NCBI GenBank assembly: GCA_009840135.1
Contig: VXOH01000131.1
Span: forward strand, 3,608 to 67,607
Direction of reading: 5' to 3'
DNA length: 64,000 nucleotides
Origin: Chloroflexota bacterium
GTDB lineage: Bacteria; Chloroflexota; Dehalococcoidia; Lucifugimonadales; UBA3495
This document shows positions 63,360 through 64,000 of the stretch, piece after piece (the first letter of the stretch is position 1; each line of letters begins with the position of its first letter). Position numbers and translations under genes: made by a program. Below the pieces are notes generated by a model. That model was given only the letters and a program-made list of their open reading frames with translations, made no database searches and was not told where the DNA came from.

Positions 63360-63788
63360 TCACAAGGACGCAGGAAACACACCGGCTTTCAAGGCAAGGG
63401 TGGCGCCTGAGGCGTTGAAGGGCCAGGAGGTCGCGCCGTGAATGCTAACCCTTTGGCTCGTGCAGGGTGTGGTTTGCGCGTTAACGCCGGGCGTAATTAT
63501 CCCGACAATGATCTCTATGCCGGTCAGGTCCAGATTGTCCAGAGAGGATCCCAGAGATGACCCCAGGGGGCAGGCGGCGCCGGGGAAACCCATCCTTACC
63601 TCCGGCCGCGCTCCCGCTTCTTCCAGGGCCGATGCGGGAAGCAGAGTGGACACCGTAGCTTCGGTATGGAGTTCGTCGAAGAACAGCATGTGGTGCTGGC
63701 CAGTCCGTCGGTCGAACGGGTTGCCGGAGACCGGTCCATGCCGCTCTTGTCCGGTGTTAGAGGGATTCTGCGTCGGCTTTTCGACCAT
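63360..63788 (-). CDS. hypothetical protein
   Basis: ORF with GC-rich third positions and a plausible start at MVEKPTQNP. No family recognised. The overlapping + ORF 63442..63804 looks like its shadow. Confidence 0.4.
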   Translation of the reverse strand: MVEKPTQNPSNTGQERHGPVSGNPFDRRTGQHHMLFFDELHTEATVSTLLPASALEEAGARPEVRMGFPGAACPLGSSLGSSLDNLDLTGIEIIVGIITPGVNAQTTPCTSQRVSIHGATSWPFNASGATLALKAGVFPASL

Positions 63789-64000
63789 GGCTGAAGCCGG
63801 GTAGGTATTGCCGACGCCATGAACACAGGGACGGAAGCGGATTGACAAGCGCCGAAGACCGGCAATAAGCTCCAACTACCCTGTTCGGAACCTGCCGGTT
63901 GGCCGATATGGAGAGTGCCGGTTTATAATCGGAAAAATCCCGGCACGTCCTGTTCTCAGCGGAATCAGTTGAAGCCAGGAAATCCTGTGTTAGAAGAAGA

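Overview
GC-rich, densely coding bacterial chromosome segment with about 45 protein genes. I found no rRNA, tRNA or CRISPR array. 1-26 kb: ordinary catabolic and housekeeping genes (DUF1800, dienelactone hydrolase, RidA, lactonase, HD protein, two SDRs, NHL propeller, CPA2 antiporter with CBS pair, phosphotriesterase-like, M24 peptidase, methylcrotonyl-CoA-carboxylase-type CT plus split BC/BCCP, MBL hydrolase, cupin, FAD oxidase, amidase, DUF255 thioredoxin protein, esterase). These are interrupted by small AT-richer inserts and at least four families of intergenic hairpin repeats. 26-55 kb is the most unusual part. It holds an HTH-fused inositol-3-phosphate synthase, an ABC-2 exporter, an alpha/beta hydrolase with Cys in the nucleophile elbow, and a 3459-aa type I PKS (KS-AT-DH-cMT-ER-KR-ACP-KS-dead AT, with no terminal ACP and no release domain). 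It also holds a UDP-glucose dehydrogenase, a 1060-aa flippase-like / phosphodiesterase / GT2 triple fusion, a duplicated-domain lipoprotein, an orphan Fe3+-type binding protein, a GT-C-like membrane protein and an NAD epimerase. I read this block as a candidate envelope lipid/glycolipid assembly island (inference). 55-64 kb: a DUF151 nuclease and nitroreductase pair, then a tight five-gene operon (imelysin / di-haem DUF1111 / imelysin-like / HTTM vitamin-K-carboxylase-like / membrane protein) behind an AT-rich promoter with a palindrome and a Fur-like box. The long Pro/Ala lipoprotein tethers and the repeat families suggest a Chloroflexota-like organism, but that is only a guess. All calls come from reading motifs by eye; no searches were run.
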